The notes: generated by a model from the letters alone, not told the origin. Positions 40,921 through 52,750 are shown, numbered from the stretch's first letter. The stretch: DNA of 64,000 bases from Kiritimatiellota bacterium (GCA_013151865.1 JAADHN010000066.1:8311-72310), one strand, 5' to 3'. Numbers and translations are program-made.

Positions 40921-43900
40921 ATGCACCTGGGAACGGTCCGAAGTCTCGTCGTACTCGCCGGAATCCTGGCAATGAACACACCGCGCGCCGCCAAGGTGCG
41001 GTCCCTGGTTGTCAACGGCGGGTTCGATCGCGGTCTCTTGGGCTGGGAAGGCGCCAACGCGCGCACCGTGCCCCGGGAATCCGGCGGGCAGTGCCTCGAA
41101 GTCCGGGGCGCGGGCGGAGCGCGTCAAGACGTGTTCGCCAAAGGATTGTCCGGTACATTCACCGTCGCCGTGGATGTGGAAGCATCCGACATCCGCGCTC
41201 GGCAACCTGCCGGGTATGCGTTCGCCGCTGTGTACCAGCTTCGAGGCGACGGCCAACTGGCGGCGTTTCACGATTTCGTTCAAATCATGCGGGGAGCGCC
41301 CTGGCAGCGACGGAGTTGGACGTTTCGAATTGCGCCGGGTGTCGAGATCATTTCCCTGCGGTGCGGAGTATTCAATGCTGAAGGAACGGCCCGATTCGAC
41401 AACTGGACACTGGTCGGAGGCCCCCGGGCCGCCGAGTTGGAGGAAGTCATGGGACCCCGATCTTTCACCGGGGCCGAACGCGGACGAGTCGCCGTATTCC
41501 GCGAACCGGGCTTCCCCGCCGGGCCCGGTGCGACCAAGCCGGAACGACTGGCCGCGATCATGCGGCCGGCCGTGGAATCGGTCGAGTTCCTCGATGCCGA
41601 CGCCCTGGCCGACCCCGCAGTCTTGAGCCCCGAACGTTTCGATCTCGTCATCCTCCCCTACGGTGAAAACTTTCCCGGAACGGCCCGCACTGCCTTTGTC
41701 CAATACCTTCATGGCGGGGGGGATTTCGTGTCCGTCGGCGGGTACGCATTCAGCACCCTCTACTACCGTGAAGCCGGGCCCGGATGGGTCCCCGAAAAAA
41801 CCACTTGGCCGAAAAACTCGCCAAGGCCATGGCCCCGGAAAACTCGTTGTTGGTCGACGGTGGATTCGAGAGGCAGGAAACGCGCTCCGCACCGCCGCAG
41901 GACACCGGCGCACCGGACGCCCGCTGGCGACGCAACTCCACGGCGTGCCGAATCGTACAATCCTCCGCACTCGAGGGAGAATGGTGCGCCCAAGTCAGTC
42001 GTCCCGGGCCGGAAAGCGGGCCGGAAGCCAAATGGGAAGCACAACTGCCCGTGAAACCCGGGAGAAACTACCGGATTCAAGCCGCCATACGAACCCGCAA
42101 CGTCGCCGGACCGGGATTCGCCTACCTGGCCGTCTACCAATACAAAGAAAATGACAACTTACTGAAATTCAAGGACTTCGCCCAGGTACGCGGTACGACG
42201 GAATGGAAAACGGTCCATTTCGATCTGACCCCGGCGCCCGGCGCGCGGTTTTTCTACATCAAGTGCGGACTCTACCGCGCCGGAGGGACCGCCTGGTTCG
42301 ATGATGTCCGTCTCGGAGACATCACGGGCTGCCTCCCAGTGCCCATGAACACTCGCGCCGGCCTCCCGAAGGACGGCCTCGTGGTCGGTCCCACTCAAAT
42401 CGGGGTCTTCGACGCCGGCTACCGCTTGAAGCGCGTCGCCCAAGTCCAATCAGCCCCTGGCCAGGACATCTTCCCGGCAAGCGTGCGGCTGCAGGCGGGA
42501 CCGGTCCGGGGTTGGGCCGCCTCCGGCGTCCGGGGAACGGATGCAACGCGTTGGACCCAACTGCTGACGGCCGTCGACCGATACGGACGCAGCCGCGGGG
42601 CCGCCGCCGCCCTCATGCGCCATTACAACGGCTTCTTCTCCGGCAGTTCGTGGGCATTCTTCGGCATTGACAACCGGGACATCTTCGCCGACCCGACCCC
42701 GGGACTGGTCGAAGGAATGCAGCGGCTGGTCCGGAACATGGTCCGTGGACTGTACCTCCGCAACTTGGAAACTGATTCTGCCGCCTATGCGCCCGGGGCC
42801 GAGGTGCACGTCCGCGTCACGGTGGAGAATACCGGTTGTCGCACGCGCCGGGGAAAGGTCTTGTGGCAGTTCACATCCGGGCATGGGACCCGCCCGCTGC
42901 GGCAGAGCACCCGGACTTTTGTCGTCGAGCCCGGGCGACAGGCCCCGCTCGAGCAGACCGTTCGACTCCCCGACCACGAAACCGGGCTGTACCGGGTTGT
43001 CGCCGAACTGACCGTCAGCGACGAGAGCGAGACCGCAGACCGCGTGGAAACAGGTTTCGTAACATTGACCGGACTCGAGACGCCGAACCGTTCCCCTCTC
43101 GACGTCCGGGATAACTACCTGCGCCTTGGCGGGCGCCCCCTTTTCCTGTTCGGTTCCGACAATTATGCCAACGTGTACCTGTCCAGCACGGAGTCGCCGC
43201 TCTGGTGGGCGCGCGAACACCGCGCGAGCCGCGATTTCGGGTTCGAGCTGTACGAGAATCTCCAATACTCGAACCCTGATCACCGGATGACCGAACGCGA
43301 CTGGCGCCGATTCCGGGCCATGACCTGGCTAACCCAACATTACGGACTGGTGTTCATGCCCGGCATGTTGATCGGGCACAATGTGGCGGTTTCGGATGCG
43401 GAAATCGCCGTGCAGGCACGCCAGTGCACCCAGTATGCCCGACAACTCTCCGCCGCCCCGCGCCTGCTCTGGTACATCAACGGCGACTATCGTCTTCAGC
43501 ACGACGACCGGGACGCACTCCGGAACAAGTGGAATCGATTCCTCCAACAGCGCTATGGGACGGACGAAGCCCTGCGCCGGGCATGGGCCCCGGCAGTGCC
43601 GGACAACCCCCTCGGGCAACTCGACTTCCCCCCGAAAAGGTCCCATGACTGGACCGATGTCCCGGCCGTGGACCTGACTCGATTCCACGTGCGACTTGTG
43701 ACCGAATGGAACCGCACCCATGTGGCCGCGGTCCGAAAAATCGACCGCCTCCACCCCATCACCAGCGAATACTACTCGACCCCCTTCAATGGAATCGACC
43801 TGCGCCTGAGTGTCGACGGACAGGACCTCTCGAATATCGGCTTCTTCGATCGCCCCGGACGCGACCTCGAGGTCCTCCCCCTGCGGTTGCGCTGGAACGA

Positions 43901-45425
43901 TCTCCGCACCCGGGGAAAATCGGTGGGACTCGGGGAATACGGAGTCAAGACGCACCCGGCCTGGGCTCCGGAAAACGGGGGAACCGGATACCATATCCAG
44001 CGGACGGAACAGGAAGCAAAAGAGTTGTTCATGACCGTCGCGCTCGGCAGCTTCGGCATGGGCGCCTCCCGGGTCCAAAACTGGTGTCTGCGGGACGCCA
44101 ACCAGCGCGTGTTCCCCTGGGGCGTGTTCTATCCGGGCCCGCTCGTGCCCAAAGACGTGGCGTACACCCATCGCAACCTCAGCCTGCTGCTGCGCCTCTT
44201 CAGTCCCCGGTATCGTCCCCCGGCGGTCACGGTCCTGCTTTGCGACAACATGCGGTTCGGAAACCGGGGCGACCTCGGTATAGACGCTGGATATCATGCC
44301 TTCGAGGCGCTGTTCGGACTGCACGTGGATTTCAACGTCTTGGGCGATTCATTCCTGTCGAAACTTCCGGAAAGCACCCGGACAATCATCTATCCCGCCG
44401 CCCTCTGCCCCGGCGACGCCGCCTTCGATCTGTTGAAAGAATGGGTCGCCCGCGGTGGACGCTTGCTGGTGACCGGCGATTTCGGGTACGACGAAAACCG
44501 CCGGCACACGCGCGCAAAACGGCTGGCGGACCTGGCCGGGGTCGAGTCGGTCCGCTCCCGGTATGCCGTGAACCGCAAGAAGGTCCCTGCCGTGGTGACG
44601 AAGTCCACGGATCGCGAAACGAAAGTCCCCGTTTTCGAGGGCGTCCGTCTCCAGGTCCGAGTCCGCGCCAAGGACACGCAAGTCCTGGCCGCCGCACCGG
44701 ACGGCGCGCCCGTGCTGACCCGCCGCCGACTCGGTCGCGGAACTGTGGTCTTTTTCGCCGACCCGCTCGAACTCGGCCCCGATCTCGCTCCCGTCCGACA
44801 ACTGTACGCTTGGTTCCTCGAACGGACAGGGGCGCCCCGGTGTAACCTCCAGCCGGACCGCCCGGACCTCTTCACGTTCGTCCAGCCGACCCGGACCGGG
44901 ACAGTGCGAGTGATCATGGATCGCGCCGGCAACAAAGTGAGGACGGCACAGTTCCCCACCCCGGCCGGCCGGGTCCGCGTCGGCACGCAAGTCGGCCGAC
45001 CCGCCATGGCGGCCGTGGCGGACGACGGCCGGTTCTATGCAGGCTGTACCACGGGCGAACTTCGACTGGGAGACCGCCCCCTGCTCCAGTCCGCCGGGAC
45101 CGTCGCGGCGGCGGCGTTGGATGGACGCGATCTGCGCAAGAGCCGCGCCGTTCTCATCCTGCCGTTCTCCCAGGGACGGGTGCAAATCGCCGCGGGCCGC
45201 GCCGGTTTCCTGCGAAACCGGGTCCTCCTCCTCGGCGACGTGCGCAACGGCCGATACCGCGTGCTCGAACAACTCCCCGGCGGACGCGGCGGCACGGTGT
45301 CGGTCGACCTCGATGCGGACCGCGCCACACTCATCGGCTTGTGCTGTCCGGCCCGGGAACGGGAAAAATGGGTCCGTGTACTGGACCAGTGGATTGCCGC
45401 CCCGGAACAGTTCCCGGGGTATTGA
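40921..45425 (+). pseudogene. Large secreted multidomain glycoside hydrolase (CBM4-like domains, GH42/beta-galactosidase-like core, trimerisation domain), split by a one-base frameshift at about 41795-41800
   Basis: Frame 1 from 40921 (signal peptide, NGGFD CBM-like, GATase-like) degrades after GWVPE. The -1 frame continues KNHLAEKLAK...DGGFE to 45425. One extra A in CCCGAAAAAAC joins them into about 1500 aa. Confidence 0.75.
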
Positions 45426-45505
45426 CCAGGGCCATAGGCCGTTCTCGGCCCCGTCGGCGTCGGCAGGAAAAGCGCGGGCCTTTTGCGGAATTCCCACCGC
45501 TCGAT

Positions 45506-47692
45506 TCACGCCGGGAAGATCAGGTAACGCTTGGGTGTGATCCCACCAAAATGGAAATAGTACCAGATATTGAACACCATGATGAAAGCGGCAATGACGC
45601 ATTCCCCCATGATCGCACCCATGAAAAACGGTTTGAAATTGTAGTAGGTCTTGCCGCCCCCGTACCGGACAATCAGCGACTTGATCCCGAACCCCACCAG
45701 AAACGACACGGAAAACCAGTGAGTAAAAGCGACCCCCCACCCCAGGAACAACACCGGGTGAATCATCCACCACGTGAACCGCAGACGCAGGGCGTAGCAG
45801 ACGATGATCGCACCTGCGCCAAAGAGAAGCCACGGCAATACCCCCGGCTTCATGGACCAGTTGGTCATGCGGAAGCTCAGCGCGTCCACCGAGAACCATC
45901 CCTCCCGTTTCTCCAGCTCGGAAACTTTGGCCAGCAGGCCGGGCTCCCGGTCGATTTCGGCGACCGCAGACGCCACCCGGTCGAATGTGCGGCGGGGAGG
46001 CCAGGTGAGGGCGTAATGATCTGTTCCGCGGCCGTTGTAGTTCACCCAGAGCACGGTCAAAAAGGCGACCACCACGCAGGGAATCAGGACCAGGAGCACG
46101 ACACGGCCCAATTGCCGAGGACGCAGTCGCTCGCGCTCGGCTACCTTGAATCCGTTGGTGAGGAAGGCGGCCAAGGACTCTCGGGGATCGCTGGCCAATG
46201 CGGTCGTGAGCAGACCCAAAGTGGCGACAGAGTACGGGCCGATCGCGGTTGCCCCGAACAACTTGAAGAAAAAATCCGCCGGCTTCCACCCGGCCTGAAC
46301 CAGCGGCGAACCCGACTCGGCCGACACTCGGGCCAGGACAAGATACAGCACACCCAGGCTCAGGAAAAAGAACAACGAGAAAAAAATGTTGAGACCGGCA
46401 ACACAGCCCAGAACCACCATGCCCGCGAACGCCGAAAGGAACGTGCGCGCCGCCCACACCACGTCGGCTTCCACGCCTTCCCTGTCGGTGCGCGGCAAGA
46501 GGGCGCACCGAAAAACCCGGAAGTAATAGTTGCGCCCCAAGTAAATGATGATGAGGAACATGGCGAAATACGAACCCGTGAGTGCACTGTTGAGGTGGTA
46601 GTGGGTGAAATTGACGCCCATGGACCACATCAGCGCGGAAAACAGGGAAAGAACGAACATGCTGATCCCGAGCGAGAACGATGCGTCCGTGGGAATGAAG
46701 TAGGCAAACGCGATCACGCTGATATACAGCTTGTTGCGGAACACCGACCACGCGCCCATACCGTGATAGTAATAATTGGGAAAACGCGCCGCGATCTCCG
46801 GAGCGATGTTCCACTCAAGCTTCACGTTGATCATGCGATCCGGATACCAAACGTAAATCCAGCGAATGGTGTGGATGGCCGCGACCAGGAAGAAAGCGAC
46901 CCAAAACTTGTTCGCATACCACATCCGCGGATAGGCCCGGCCGTCCTGGCGGTGCAGCATCTCGTCGGTGAATTCTGCCAGGGGATACGGAAGCAACTCG
47001 TGTTGAGACCACTGCGGGTGTACAATAACCATCATCGTGGTGATGAATACCAGAAAAAGAAGGATCATGGGCCCCCAGAAGAGCATGGGACGGACCCAGG
47101 AATCCAGGGGGATAACCTCAGCTTTTTCACGGGTCGACCAATAGTAGATGTACTGCCTGCCGTGGACCAGGCCGTTGCGAAAACCTTTGTTGACTTTCTC
47201 CGCCCGCTGGGTTCGGGCTTGGCGCTCCGCCGCAGTCATGGCGGCGTCGGCTTCAGGATCATCGCCTTCCACGTACCATCCCTCCGGAACCAAAGCGTCG
47301 GGGGCGTACTTGAGCACATGGTACGTCTGCCAATTCTGGCGTGTCGAGTACAGGTCGTACGGGCAGGTGATCACCTGCGGGAAATAGCGCATCAAACCCG
47401 AGGTCGGGATGGAACAGGACGCAAGAACAATCACGAATGCCACCGCCAGTTCCCCGTTGCCGAACCGACAAAACCCGGGAAGCCGACGACTCAGCGGCCG
47501 ATACAGCAGGTTGATCAGGAACAACACACAGAAAACACCGAACGGAAGTGAGCTGCCGATGAAGAGGTTCGACCGGGCCATGTAATCGTTGGGATAGGCG
47601 ACGAGAGCGACGGTCAGCCCGCCGGTCAGTCCCAACAGAATCGCTTTGAGCGAAAAAGGCTTGCGGAGCACGGAACAGTCCTTGGGCAACAA
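45506..47692 (-). CDS. Polytopic membrane protein, DUF6785/DUF6784-like (putative OPT-superfamily transporter)
   Basis: Many TM helices, QWSQHELLPYPLA, ARVSAESG, WWMIHPV and IKSLIVRYGG.KTY..FKPFFMG motifs. The start is uncertain. Confidence 0.7.
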   Translation of the reverse strand: MLPKDCSVLRKPFSLKAILLGLTGGLTVALVAYPNDYMARSNLFIGSSLPFGVFCVLFLINLLYRPLSRRLPGFCRFGNGELAVAFVIVLASCSIPTSGLMRYFPQVITCPYDLYSTRQNWQTYHVLKYAPDALVPEGWYVEGDDPEADAAMTAAERQARTQRAEKVNKGFRNGLVHGRQYIYYWSTREKAEVIPLDSWVRPMLFWGPMILLFLVFITTMMVIVHPQWSQHELLPYPLAEFTDEMLHRQDGRAYPRMWYANKFWVAFFLVAAIHTIRWIYVWYPDRMINVKLEWNIAPEIAARFPNYYYHGMGAWSVFRNKLYISVIAFAYFIPTDASFSLGISMFVLSLFSALMWSMGVNFTHYHLNSALTGSYFAMFLIIIYLGRNYYFRVFRCALLPRTDREGVEADVVWAARTFLSAFAGMVVLGCVAGLNIFFSLFFFLSLGVLYLVLARVSAESGSPLVQAGWKPADFFFKLFGATAIGPYSVATLGLLTTALASDPRESLAAFLTNGFKVAERERLRPRQLGRVVLLVLIPCVVVAFLTVLWVNYNGRGTDHYALTWPPRRTFDRVASAVAEIDREPGLLAKVSELEKREGWFSVDALSFRMTNWSMKPGVLPWLLFGAGAIIVCYALRLRFTWWMIHPVLFLGWGVAFTHWFSVSFLVGFGIKSLIVRYGGGKTYYNFKPFFMGAIMGECVIAAFIMVFNIWYYFHFGGITPKRYLIFPA

Positions 47693-48195
47693 GTGATGCG
47701 TTCAGGTGCGGCCATGACCTCGGATGGCGACGAGCCGAGCGAAAGGACGACCGCGCACCGTCGCGTCTCCACACCGGCACGGTCGGCGGCCGCCGACGCT
47801 GGGGCGTGCGACGCCCGCACACCGAAAAGCAGGCCGCTGGGCAGGACAACCCTCGCACGGCACGCACTATAAACCGGACATGGGTCGAAACAATCTGTCG
47901 GGCTGATCCGCGCCCGGTCGAAATCCCGGCAACACGAAACCATCGAAGTTCGACACGACACGTGCGCCGGAGAACCGAGGGTGCGCGGCACGACTCCCCC
48001 CGGAGTACGGTCATCGGTTCAGGCTTTGGCCGATCTCCGGCGACTTCCGCCCGTGGCCCGGCGACCCCCGCTGCGACGGCGCTCCGCCCCGCCCCGGAAA
48101 TCGACCCCCTTGGGCAGGTCGGACCGCACCCGAAAAACCGACTTGGGTCGATGACGCAGTTCCGGAATGAAGTGCACAATCGGGAGAATTCGATC

Positions 48196-51100
48196 ATGAA
48201 AACGATGCGGACCCTGCTCGAACGCGTTCGGGGCCGGATTCATTGCGCAGTGCACAATGCGGGGCGTCGTTCCCGATTCGGACTGTACGCGTTCGCCGCG
48301 TGCGGCTTCTCGGTCGCGGCGACGCTGGCCGCGGACGTCAACCCCGTGAGCAACGGCGGGTTCGAGGACGTGGGGCCGGACGGACGACCGCGGGACTGGG
48401 AGTACGTGGGCCGCGAGGCCCGGCTGGTTCAAGATGCGCACAGCGGAAAACGGGCCATCCTGCTTCGGCGCACGCCGGAGATCGCAGCACAGAAAGGACT
48501 GGAAACCGGCCTCAATCGCGCTTGGCGGCCGCACTCCGGGGAACGGGGCCGAATGCTGACCGAACGCAAGGGCGGCATCCGTTTCTTTTACAAGGTAGTA
48601 CGGGCGGACGCGGACGCGCAACTTCGCTTCTTTGTGATCCCCATGAACGCGGGGCCCATGGAAAACACGGGGTCACCCCGGGCCGTGTTCGAAGTGCCGA
48701 AAACCTACGCCGGAGACGGCAAGTGGCACTTGGGCATTGTAGGATATGATTTCACGAAAGGCACGGCCTGTCGGTGGGTGCAGGTTTCGCCGCGCATCAT
48801 GGGGCAGGGGACGGCGGAATGGCTCCTGGACGACATCCAATGGGTCCCGAACGCCGGCCCGGTCCCCTCGATTCGCGACCTGCGCGTCTACGAAACACCC
48901 GGGGCGGAAGGCCGATCTTGCACCCTGCGCCTGGTAGTCCGCAATGCCGGGGATCGACCGCTGAAGACCCGGGCGGTGCTCTCGCTTTCCAACGATTTGC
49001 GCGTCCGGGAAAGCTCGACGCGCACGGTGGGACCGTTGGCGGCGCAGGGCACGACCGCCATCGAGTGGACCGTGCTCGGGGCACGCTCGCCGCGCAGCAG
49101 GGCCGCGGTACGATTGACGGCGGGCGAGATCGAGGCCACCCGCTCTGTCCGTTTTGCGCCGAAAATCGTCGAATCTTGGATCGAAACCGGGCGGTTTGTG
49201 CTGTGGCCCGGGGCACGGACACAGGCCACGCTGGTCCTGCGCAACACCGGGACCTGCACTGCCGACGGAATCACCGCCCGCATCGCGGTCGGGGCCGGGT
49301 TGCGCGTTCTCGGCCCGGCGGCGGTCTCAGGGCGAAGCGCCGTCCCGGGAAAGCTCACCCGCATCGGGTTTCAAATCGAGGCGACCGCCCAAACCCCGGT
49401 CACGGAGGTCCGCTGCACATGGCAGAGCGTCGCGGGCGAATGCGGCGAATGCCGAGCGGAACTGGTGGTGGGCGCGCCCGCACCCGCTGCGCCGCAAGAC
49501 GCACCCAAGGACGCCCTGCGACTCACCGGCAGAACAGCGGAAATCATTTTCCCGCGAAACGGATTCGGTTACGGCATCGGCTGGGTGTATGCCCGCCCAT
49601 CCGGGGAACCGATCGGCGTGATCCCCCGGCTGGGCCGCATTGTATCGGGCCCTGCGGACACCGCGGCAGTCCCCCTGTTTGCGGACTCCGCAAAGCGCGG
49701 TCCTCCCGGTCCGTGCCTGGGCGGCAAAACGGACGGAAGCAACAGAGGCGGGAGCAGTCTGACCTTCCTGGTGAAAAACGGCGCCTTGGCGAAGTGCGGA
49801 CTCCCGGAAGGCGTGTCGATCCGATTCGCCGTCCCCGGCTCCGGGGCGAGCGGAGCGGCGGCACGGCTCATTACGGTGACCGTCCGCGCCCGAGTCACCC
49901 GCCCTGGGGCGGTTCGTGCGCTGGATGGGCCGTTTCTCTGCCCGGGCGAAGGCGCGTCGTCGTCGAAGCGCACCGAAGCACTCTTTCCCGGCCTCGAGTG
50001 GTTGCAGGGAGACGAGTACTCGTCTTGGGACACCGACATCGCGTTCGACCACCCGGACCGGTTGCGCAGCGCGCCGCATCCGCACAAGATCACGATCCCT
50101 CTTATGGTCGTGCGCCGAAACCGCGTCGCCACCGGGTTGTTCTGGCATTCCCGCGCGACCTGGAACGACGGTGTGCAACCCCGCGATTTTGCGCCGGATG
50201 AAAGCGCCGTGGACCGACCATGCGCCGTGTTCGCCGCACCGGACCGGTTTGCCGGGCACGCGTCGTCGACCCTCGGGCTTTTCCTCCCGACGATCCCGCA
50301 CTGGATCCAACCGAACGAGCGGGCAGCGGCACGCGCATGGCCGACTCAGGGCGCCGCGCCGTTGCGCATCCGCTTGGTGTACGGCTTCTACGTCAATCCG
50401 GCAAGCGATTCCGTACTCGATGCGGTACTGGATTGGGCACGCGTTTTCGGCTTCCCGGCACCCCGGCGCTCACCTCGCGCCCGCGGGCCGGCGCCGGCGC
50501 CGGGTTCAGTGGACGTATACCGCGGGCCCGGTCTGCCGGACTGGGCACGGGCCGCCGATTTCAGCGAACACTGGTCCCCGCCTGCGCCCGGTCAATGGGT
50601 CGATGAAGTCGAGTGGAGCATGAATGCTTATCTCAAAAGCTTGTGGGACCCGGAGCAGCACGGTTGGTGGAATTACTGGGGAGGACCGGGATTGACGCAT
50701 AAGACCGGCGCGTACCCGGCTTTTCTCTTGGACTGCGTCATCGGCGAACGTTTGACCGACGACCCGGAACTCGGCAAACGCCTGAAGGCACTGCTGGACG
50801 ATGTGCGCGGCCGCGCACCCGAGTCTGTGCCCGGCGGCGACGACATGGGGTTTCGATTCGGCGACCCGACCGCGGCACTTGCGGCATCCGCAGTGCAAGC
50901 CGGGGACATAATGCGTGCCCAACCGGCGGAGGGCGGTTGGCGATTCCGCCCTCGGATCGGCAAAGGCGGCGTATTCCGGGGAAGGGACTACCGGTTGCTC
51001 GGGCGGGACGGGGAGGAAGGAAACGGACTCACAGCGCGCCGGGCCTATAACATGCTGTTCGTGAGCCGGATGACCGGGGATGAAACGTTGCTTTCCGCGG

Positions 51101-52419
51101 GCCTCAAGGCTTTGAGAAGCATGGAGAAGTTCCGAATCCCACGTGCGGCCCAAGTGTGGGAAGTGCCGGTGCATACCCCGGATATCCTGGCTGCCGCCGA
51201 CGCCTGCGAAGCTTACCTGGAAGCCTATCGAATCACCGGCGACAAACAATGGCTGGACCGGGCCGTGTATTGGGAAACCGCCGGCCTGCCCTTCCTCTAT
51301 CTTTGGGACGTGGACGCTTTCCCGTTCCTCCGCTATGCCTCGATTCCCGTATTCGGCGCTACCTGGAAACGCGGCTCCTGGTTTGGGAGGCCCGTGCAAT
51401 GGAACGGATTGCGCTGGGCTTTCGCCGCGCAGAAACTCGCGGAAGTCGATTCCTCCCTGCCCTGGCGGATGCTCGCCGCCGGCGTGACCATTTCCGCCAT
51501 GTATCAACAGGGGTCGGACCCCGAAAGCAAGAGTTTCGCCCTTTGGCCGGACAGCATCAGCGCGGAAGACGCACGGAAATCGGCATGGGTCTTTCCCCCC
51601 GTTCACATCCTCGAAAACGTGTACAAACTCATGGGGTACGAACCGCGCCCGACTACGGTGGCGGTCCCGGCCGGGGCGGGGAAAATCCGCATCGATGCCT
51701 GCGGGCGTATCGGAGCGCCGCAATACGCCGGTGGGGTGCTGCGGTTCGCACTTTCGGCCCCGCCGCCGTTGCCGACGCAGGTTCTGGTGATCGGAATATC
51801 GAGCCCCACGGAAGTGCTCGTGGACGGGAAAGCCCTGCCCCGGGCCGACACGGCGGAAAGACGTGTAAGAACTGCCGCGTGGTGGACGTACGACAGGGAT
51901 GCGCGCCTGCTCCGGGTGCGCCCCAACGTGACCGGGAAACACACGATTGCGCTGCGCTCGGTGCGGTGGCGGGCAGGCCGAGTCCTGCCTCAAGTCCAGA
52001 CGCGATTGGATTTCGATTTCGATTCCGGACGCCAGGGCTGGCGTCCCGCGCACGACATCGCTGCGGCAGACGCCGCGGACGGCGTGCTGGACATCACCGT
52101 GAACGGACCCGATCCGTACCTGGTCCGCCCCATGTGCCGGATCGACGGGAACATGATCGCGAGAATCCATGTGCGTATGGCCGTGGACGGTGGAAACCGG
52201 GCGCAATTCTACTGGACCACGGCGAAAGCCCCGGCCATGTCCGAAGCCCGGGCCGCCTGGGTCGCCGTGAACGCGGACGGCAGGATGCACGACTATTCGT
52301 TCGATGTGGGCGCCCACCCTTTGTGGCGGGGGCAAATCATCACGGCCGTACGACTGGATCCGACGAACGGGGTGAAACAGGCCCGCGCCCGCATCGACTT
52401 CGTTCGCGGCGATCCCTGA
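48196..52419 (+). CDS. Very large secreted hypothetical protein (CBM-like N-terminus, Ig-like repeats, probable (alpha/alpha)6 barrel, C-terminal beta-sandwich)
   Basis: Signal peptide, NGGFED, Ig-like LVVRNAG/LVLRNTG, AYLEAYRITGDKQWLDRA (alpha-toroid signature) and C-terminal WRGQIITAVRLDP. Confidence 0.65.
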   Translation: MKTMRTLLERVRGRIHCAVHNAGRRSRFGLYAFAACGFSVAATLAADVNPVSNGGFEDVGPDGRPRDWEYVGREARLVQDAHSGKRAILLRRTPEIAAQKGLETGLNRAWRPHSGERGRMLTERKGGIRFFYKVVRADADAQLRFFVIPMNAGPMENTGSPRAVFEVPKTYAGDGKWHLGIVGYDFTKGTACRWVQVSPRIMGQGTAEWLLDDIQWVPNAGPVPSIRDLRVYETPGAEGRSCTLRLVVRNAGDRPLKTRAVLSLSNDLRVRESSTRTVGPLAAQGTTAIEWTVLGARSPRSRAAVRLTAGEIEATRSVRFAPKIVESWIETGRFVLWPGARTQATLVLRNTGTCTADGITARIAVGAGLRVLGPAAVSGRSAVPGKLTRIGFQIEATAQTPVTEVRCTWQSVAGECGECRAELVVGAPAPAAPQDAPKDALRLTGRTAEIIFPRNGFGYGIGWVYARPSGEPIGVIPRLGRIVSGPADTAAVPLFADSAKRGPPGPCLGGKTDGSNRGGSSLTFLVKNGALAKCGLPEGVSIRFAVPGSGASGAAARLITVTVRARVTRPGAVRALDGPFLCPGEGASSSKRTEALFPGLEWLQGDEYSSWDTDIAFDHPDRLRSAPHPHKITIPLMVVRRNRVATGLFWHSRATWNDGVQPRDFAPDESAVDRPCAVFAAPDRFAGHASSTLGLFLPTIPHWIQPNERAAARAWPTQGAAPLRIRLVYGFYVNPASDSVLDAVLDWARVFGFPAPRRSPRARGPAPAPGSVDVYRGPGLPDWARAADFSEHWSPPAPGQWVDEVEWSMNAYLKSLWDPEQHGWWNYWGGPGLTHKTGAYPAFLLDCVIGERLTDDPELGKRLKALLDDVRGRAPESVPGGDDMGFRFGDPTAALAASAVQAGDIMRAQPAEGGWRFRPRIGKGGVFRGRDYRLLGRDGEEGNGLTARRAYNMLFVSRMTGDETLLSAGLKALRSMEKFRIPRAAQVWEVPVHTPDILAAADACEAYLEAYRITGDKQWLDRAVYWETAGLPFLYLWDVDAFPFLRYASIPVFGATWKRGSWFGRPVQWNGLRWAFAAQKLAEVDSSLPWRMLAAGVTISAMYQQGSDPESKSFALWPDSISAEDARKSAWVFPPVHILENVYKLMGYEPRPTTVAVPAGAGKIRIDACGRIGAPQYAGGVLRFALSAPPPLPTQVLVIGISSPTEVLVDGKALPRADTAERRVRTAAWWTYDRDARLLRVRPNVTGKHTIALRSVRWRAGRVLPQVQTRLDFDFDSGRQGWRPAHDIAAADAADGVLDITVNGPDPYLVRPMCRIDGNMIARIHVRMAVDGGNRAQFYWTTAKAPAMSEARAAWVAVNADGRMHDYSFDVGAHPLWRGQIITAVRLDPTNGVKQARARIDFVRGDP

Positions 52420-52427
52420 CCGTCCCT

Positions 52428-52631
52428 CAGAACTCGGTAACGCTGTAAAGCAGAATGCCCTCTTTTTTTTGTCACAGTCACCGCCAGTGTGGGCGACTAC
52501 TTTACAGAAGATGACGCTAAGCTCAGATTCGCGCGAAACTGTAACGCAGTCGCCCACACCCATTCCCGGGAGTCCGTCCAAAAAAGGGAATCCAACTTTA
52601 CAGACCTCCAAGCTCAATCTACTGAGGTCTG
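52428..52631. mobile_element. MITE copy 1 (204 bp)
   Basis: Left end CAGAACTCGGTA; the right end reverse-complements to CAGACCTCAGTA (10/12 match). Flanked by GTCCCT/GTCCAT, an imperfect 6-bp TSD. Near-identical to 59534-59742. Confidence 0.85.
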
Positions 52632-52750
52632 GTCCATGGATGGGACGCGCCCCGGGCCGAATCTGGAGGATTCTGTCAGGAATATTGGGTTTGTTTGGAA
52701 CATGTGGAAATGCTCGGTGTCGGAATGGTTGTTACAAGGAGATTTCGTTT

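Noticed and set aside
52469-52750. N-terminal extension of ORF 52469..53206 and the ORFs at 59435-59863
   Set aside because: These are translations of the non-coding MITE. The real gene starts at 52751 with an RBS.
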